From assembly GCA_964016885.1 (NCBI GenBank), contig OZ024741.1, positions 164,052,001 to 164,116,000 of the forward strand: a DNA stretch of 64,000 nt, written 5' to 3'. The translations under genes and the position numbers were made by a program. Of this stretch, positions 55,485-64,000 are shown piece after piece. Each line of letters starts with the position of its first letter. Position 1 is the first letter of the stretch. The DNA is from Eledone cirrhosa (Eukaryota). The notes beneath the pieces were generated by a model, which saw nothing but the letters and a program-made list of their open reading frames with translations, was not told the origin of the DNA and did not search any database.

Positions 55485-55650
55485 GCGGCGATTTGGCAGA
55501 ATCGTTAAGACGTCGGATAGAATGCTTTGCGGTATTCGTCCCACCTCATTGCGCGCTCTGAGTTCAAATCCCGCCGTGGTCAACTTTGCCTTTCATCCTT
55601 TCGAGGTCGATCAAAAAACGTACCAGCCCAGTATTGAGGTCGATTCTTCC
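55485..55650 (+). mobile_element. Meta-like SINE
   Basis: ggcagaatcgtta...ctgagttcaaatcccgcc..ggtcaactttgcctttcatcctttcgaggtcgat. Confidence 0.8.
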
Positions 55651-56136
55651 ACCATTCGGCTGTGTTCAGACCTGGGGAGGGTTGGGTTCCGGCAGGTTTA
55701 AATGTGCTCTAGACACGCCGTATGACAGTGCCTCTACGACTCCACAAGGACTTATGGCATCTTTATCCTTTATTCTTTAACTTTTATATGTGAAATAAGT
55801 GAATAGCTACACTCTAAACGTTTGAAAAAAGATATGACCTAGCTGGTGGGATGGTTAATTTACGATGAGACAGGTATAAGAAAACTATATGAGTTTTCGA
55901 ACAATTACACAGTAAACATTCTACACTAAATATAGATTTACGTGAGTATACGCGTTTGCATGTCTGTGTTAATACAGGGAGAGAAAGAGAGGGAGAGGGA
56001 GAGAGAATAAAACATATACATACATGCATACATACATACAAAGATAGATACAAACATACATATGTGTGTGTGCGTGTGTGTATTTATATTCAAAACACAC
56101 ATATATATATATACGTGTGTGTGTTTTGTGTATATA

Positions 56137-58383
<2,247 letters not shown>

Positions 58384-58464
58384 CATATATATATATATAC
58401 AGAAATTACTATTACTACATACATACATACATACATATATATATATATAAATATATATATAATA

Positions 58465-59018
58465 CGTACATATATATATGTGTGCATGTATGTATGTATA
58501 TACATACTACTGTACGTCTGTATAAATATATGTATGTACGTATACATACTTATATTTAAGTATCAGCCGTACTAAGAGTGAGAAATGAAATTTCATTTTT
58601 TCCCTTTATCGTTTTCGATACGCCCAGCCGACTAACTCACTCGATATGCAAATTAGGCTGCTCAGCATAAGGAAAGTATATACTTTCAAACGTTCAATCG
58701 ACTGACAGAAAGGTATACGGTGCTGATGACAGCTATTAAGCTAGAAACTAGTTCATCGTTCCTTTGTCAGTGTTGAACAAAATGGCAACGATGGTTGCCG
58801 AACACTGTACGGCTAATAATTCGGGCTGTTTGTTTACAAACACACCGAGCATTATAATACATGTTCGGTAAACCTATCCGTACATATATATATATGTGCA
58901 TGTATGTATGTATATACATACTACTGTACGTCTGTATACATATATGTATGTACGTATACATACTTATATTTAAGTATCAGCCGTACTAAGAGTGAGAAAT
59001 GAAATTTCATTTTTTCCA
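58465..59018 (+). mobile_element. Non-coding HHR element with 414-nt tandem period
   Basis: 58465-58603 repeated at 58879-59018; HHR between them; the same tail occurs at ~22480-22598. Confidence 0.7.
58717..58759 (+). ncRNA. Type I hammerhead ribozyme
   Basis: ACGGTG-CTGATGA-CAGCT(atta)AGCTA-GAAA-CTAG-TT-CATCGT; palindromic ACTAGT stem III. Confidence 0.8.
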
Positions 59019-59254
59019 TATATATATACACACACATATATATATATATTAGAAAGTGAGGGTTTTTTTACAAAATGAAAAATAACCGAGGTGTCCTACA
59101 CGAGTGAAAGTATAAAGAAAAAAAGATTAAATCGAAAATGCAACTGGAGTCTTATTTTTAAAAAAATATATATATTTATTTGGTTCCTTTACCGGTTTTG
59201 CAGTTCTTCTGCTTTTCAAAAGTAGAGTTGAGATGGAGGGTCTGTGGTTTTTCT

Positions 59255-59365
<111 letters not shown>

Positions 59366-59402
59366 ATATATAATATCAAAAGATGGTTAAAAGAGTTCCA
59401 TG

Positions 59403-59473
59403 TATTTTATTATGCGCATTTCAAAAACAAATATCACGATGCAATAATATTTGTGTTTTCATCAGATAAAATA
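59403..59473 (-). ncRNA. Type I hammerhead ribozyme
   Basis: Inverted copy of 59552-59621. Confidence 0.82.
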
Positions 59474-59551
59474 GGAAGACATGATATGAAGGTTAAAAAC
59501 ACTTGTGAATAGTTCAGTTTTGAATCATGTCAGTTTTGAATCATGTCTTCC

Positions 59552-59621
59552 TATTTTATCTGATGAAAACACAAATATTATTGCATGATGATATTTGTTT
59601 TTGAAATGCGCATAATAAAAT
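59552..59621 (+). ncRNA. Type I hammerhead ribozyme
   Basis: TATTTTAT-CTGATGA-AAACACAAATATTA..TGATATTTGTTTTT-GAAA-TGCGCA-TA-ATAAAATA; 8-bp stem I. Confidence 0.85.
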
Positions 59622-59833
59622 ACATGGAACTCTTTTAACCATCTTTTGATCTTATATATTATGTATACTCCAGTCCTACAAACTGTAGAGTGCTTCTTAT
59701 CCGATATCTGCATTGCTTTCAATCGAGGGTAACCACAGTAAGTAGGGTACTCAATAAATAGCAGATAATAAATATTTAATATAGAAATGGTTTTTACAGG
59801 ACTAGAACTGTTTCATTCGGGAGAAATCATCAA

Positions 59834-59989
<156 letters not shown>

Positions 59990-60100
59990 GTCCGTATGGC
60001 TAAAATACGAAATAAATAGAAAGTATATGGATACTGCCAATCCACCGCCATTCATGTGTATAATACATATATATATATATATATATACATATATATATAC

Positions 60101-60138
<38 letters not shown>

Positions 60139-60151
60139 GTGTATATATATA

Positions 60152-60201
<50 letters not shown>

Positions 60202-60212
60202 TATATATATAT

Positions 60213-60267
<55 letters not shown>

Positions 60268-60274
60268 TATATAT

Positions 60275-61402
<1,128 letters not shown>

Positions 61403-61894
61403 GTGGCAAATAAATAGAAATATATATCGCACTATATACCTCACTCTATCTCACAATTCCTCCTCTCTCACCAGGCCACCACATTCTATCCCCCTCTTTA
61501 TATCCCTCTACATACCTCACTCTCTCACAATTTCCCCACTCTCACTAAACCAACAAACTCTCTCCCCCTCACTCTATACCACTATATACCTCACTCTCTT
61601 TCACTCTCTTAATTCTCCCTCTCTCACTTGAGCAACAAATTCTCTCCCCCTCGCTATATTCCCCTACATACCTCTTTCTCTCTCACTTTCACAATACCGT
61701 CTTTCTCACTAAACCAACAAATTATCTCCCCTGCGAGACAAACCAGAACAGAAACACAAACCCTCCATCTCAATTTTACTTTTGAAAAGTATAAAAACTG
61801 TGAAACCGGCCGGTAAACTTAATAAATAAGTATTCTTAAAAGACTCTAGTTGCATTTTCGAATTCATTTCCTATATATATATATATATATATAT

Positions 61895-61962
<68 letters not shown>

Positions 61963-62039
61963 GTTATATTTAATTTGTTGGGATACAAGCAAAATGTTTA
62001 TAACTGATATAAAGCACTCAACAAATTATTGGAGTAAAT

Positions 62040-62372
62040 ATACAATATATTAACAAATGGAAACTATATTTATAAAACCATATTAATTTCATTATACATA
62101 TTTCAAGGGCCACCAGAGCAAACTAGGGTGCGTTTTCATCAGATAAAATGTAATATAGGTTAGTTTTATAAATAAATATTGACTATCCAGGAGATTCCAA
62201 CCAGAATGGTTGCATTTTTTAAGGATATGTCAATATTTATTTATAAAACTAACCTATATTATATTTTATATGATGAAAGCGCACCATAGTTTGCTCTGGT
62301 GGCCCTTGGAATATGTATAATGAAATAAATATGGTTTTTATAAATATAGTTTCCATTTGTTAATATATTGTA
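62040..62372. mobile_element. Fold-back HHR element: canonical core 62087-62149 (minus), mutated copy 62263-62326 (plus)
   Basis: 62039-62186 is the inverse of 62226-62373; same family as 34395-34560. Confidence 0.8.
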
Positions 62373-62450
62373 TATATATATATATATATATGGCGGTGGC
62401 CTAGCATAGCCTCAGCCGGATGACTGGAATAGGTAAAAGGGTAAAAGAGT

Positions 62451-62481
<31 letters not shown>

Positions 62482-64000
62482 TTAAGGATACTATTTATGG
62501 TTATGTATATACTAAAACCTTTTATAGTTATATATATTTTAAACCCTAAACAGTGAAAGACAGTAATTTATTACTACCTTATTACCAGTAAGATAAATAG
62601 TTCAATGTAATAACATCACTTGTTCTACAGAGCAGTTATATAGAAATTGCATGAATCAAAGTTCTGTTCAAATCATTTATTCGCTTACAATTGTTTCTTC
62701 CAAACCGAGGTTTGAAGTCTTCGGAGCAATTTTTCAATGATTGTTTACATACATGACCTCCTTTCCAACACAAAAGACATACAGAAACATATGTATATAT
62801 TGATGCACAGTGGGTTGACATCCATCATAATATTTTAGCATGGCAATTTACATTCAAAGATTAAAGTCATATTAAAAGAAAACAAGATTAAAGTTAAAAT
62901 ACAACATTGGCAGTTTACGAAGATGATGCAAGAGGATAGTTAGAGTATGCAATAGTTACACGTGGGGCATGCACGTGTATCTTATTTATATAAGGTTATA
63001 GTGCGGCAGGGTGTTATATGTAATACAAGTATTTTAAGCGGGCAATCAAGAGTATTATGGGGGTTGTATTGGTAAAGTATCTTTTTATATGTATGATATA
63101 GAAGCTTGTGTGCAGAGAAATATTAACAATATTAAAAATGATAAGCAAAACACTGTTATCGTTTTCGTATACCCCACCATTTTCACAATCCAGGAAACGT
63201 AATATATGGATTATATGTCCTTCACATAATCTACGATGATTCAATATTGGATGCTTGATGAATTATGTTAGAATATTACAGCTTGTTGTTCTTCAATCCA
63301 ATTTTATAGAGCAGGTTGTTTTTGTTGCGAGAATCAACATCGTATTATTTTCCGGAAGTATGTGTGTGATTAAGGGGAGTTAATGCGTGAGCGGAGGTAA
63401 CTAGCTGATTTCTATAACTAAATTTATTATCCTAATGTACATTAAATGGTGTCTCAAATGAGTCCCTATCATATAAGGTTATAAACAGTTTCTAAATTTA
63501 AGTATAAATTACAGTGTAGTCTATCAAGAAGTACCAAAGGTGTTCATATTAGGATGATTACCTTCTATCATATAGTGCCACAACTGAATATTCCACATGA
63601 AGAGTCAGATCCCCAAATCAATTATCTTTGTAAGTGTAGTCTACCCGCAGAACCTGGCAGGGTTTTATTAGAATCACTTCTATATATAACTCCTGGTAAG
63701 CTCTGGGTCAGTGCATGTCTGATTGCATGGCAAAGTTAAATATCACTAGGGTAGACCAGAGATCAATTCTCACTTACAATGTCACTAATCTGACCATCAA
63801 GTCATACATGTATGTATAACTCATATATCATTAGTACATAATTCATTGCACTCAGCATATAGGTTACATAGCGCTTATATGTTAATAAATTAATTAATCT
63901 CCCATTTATCCAATGATGGCACTCCATACACAGAACAACATTAGCACAACCAATTCAGTGTTTACAGTTTGCATTAATTATATAGTGGTGTAATGTAAGT

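Overview
Very AT-rich, microsatellite-saturated eukaryotic DNA with no recognisable intact host gene. The SINE types and (TA)n/(CA)n/(TACA)n density suggest an invertebrate, most plausibly a coleoid cephalopod such as Octopus (inference, not verified). Protein-coding remnants are all retroelements: several Penelope-like elements (PLEs; RT plus C-terminal GIY-YIG), including one near-full-length copy at 41055-45520; an R4/Dong-type RLE LINE at 38568-41010; and RTE-clade fragments. There are also many tRNA-derived SINEs, two MITEs, a 24-bp satellite and a ~5-kb inverted duplication. The main hidden signal is RNA-structural. Reading both strands by eye I find about 18 complete type I hammerhead ribozyme (HHR) folds, most with a canonical core, plus about a dozen degenerate or partial ones. 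They belong to roughly 15 unrelated sequence families and nearly all sit in short elements ending in (TA)n arrays, usually with an inverted or tandem copy of their 3' end. Some are the 3' ends of coding PLEs. Others are non-coding tandem units (about 414, 651 and 1280 nt) with retrozyme-like architecture. All folds were made manually and need computational and biochemical confirmation.
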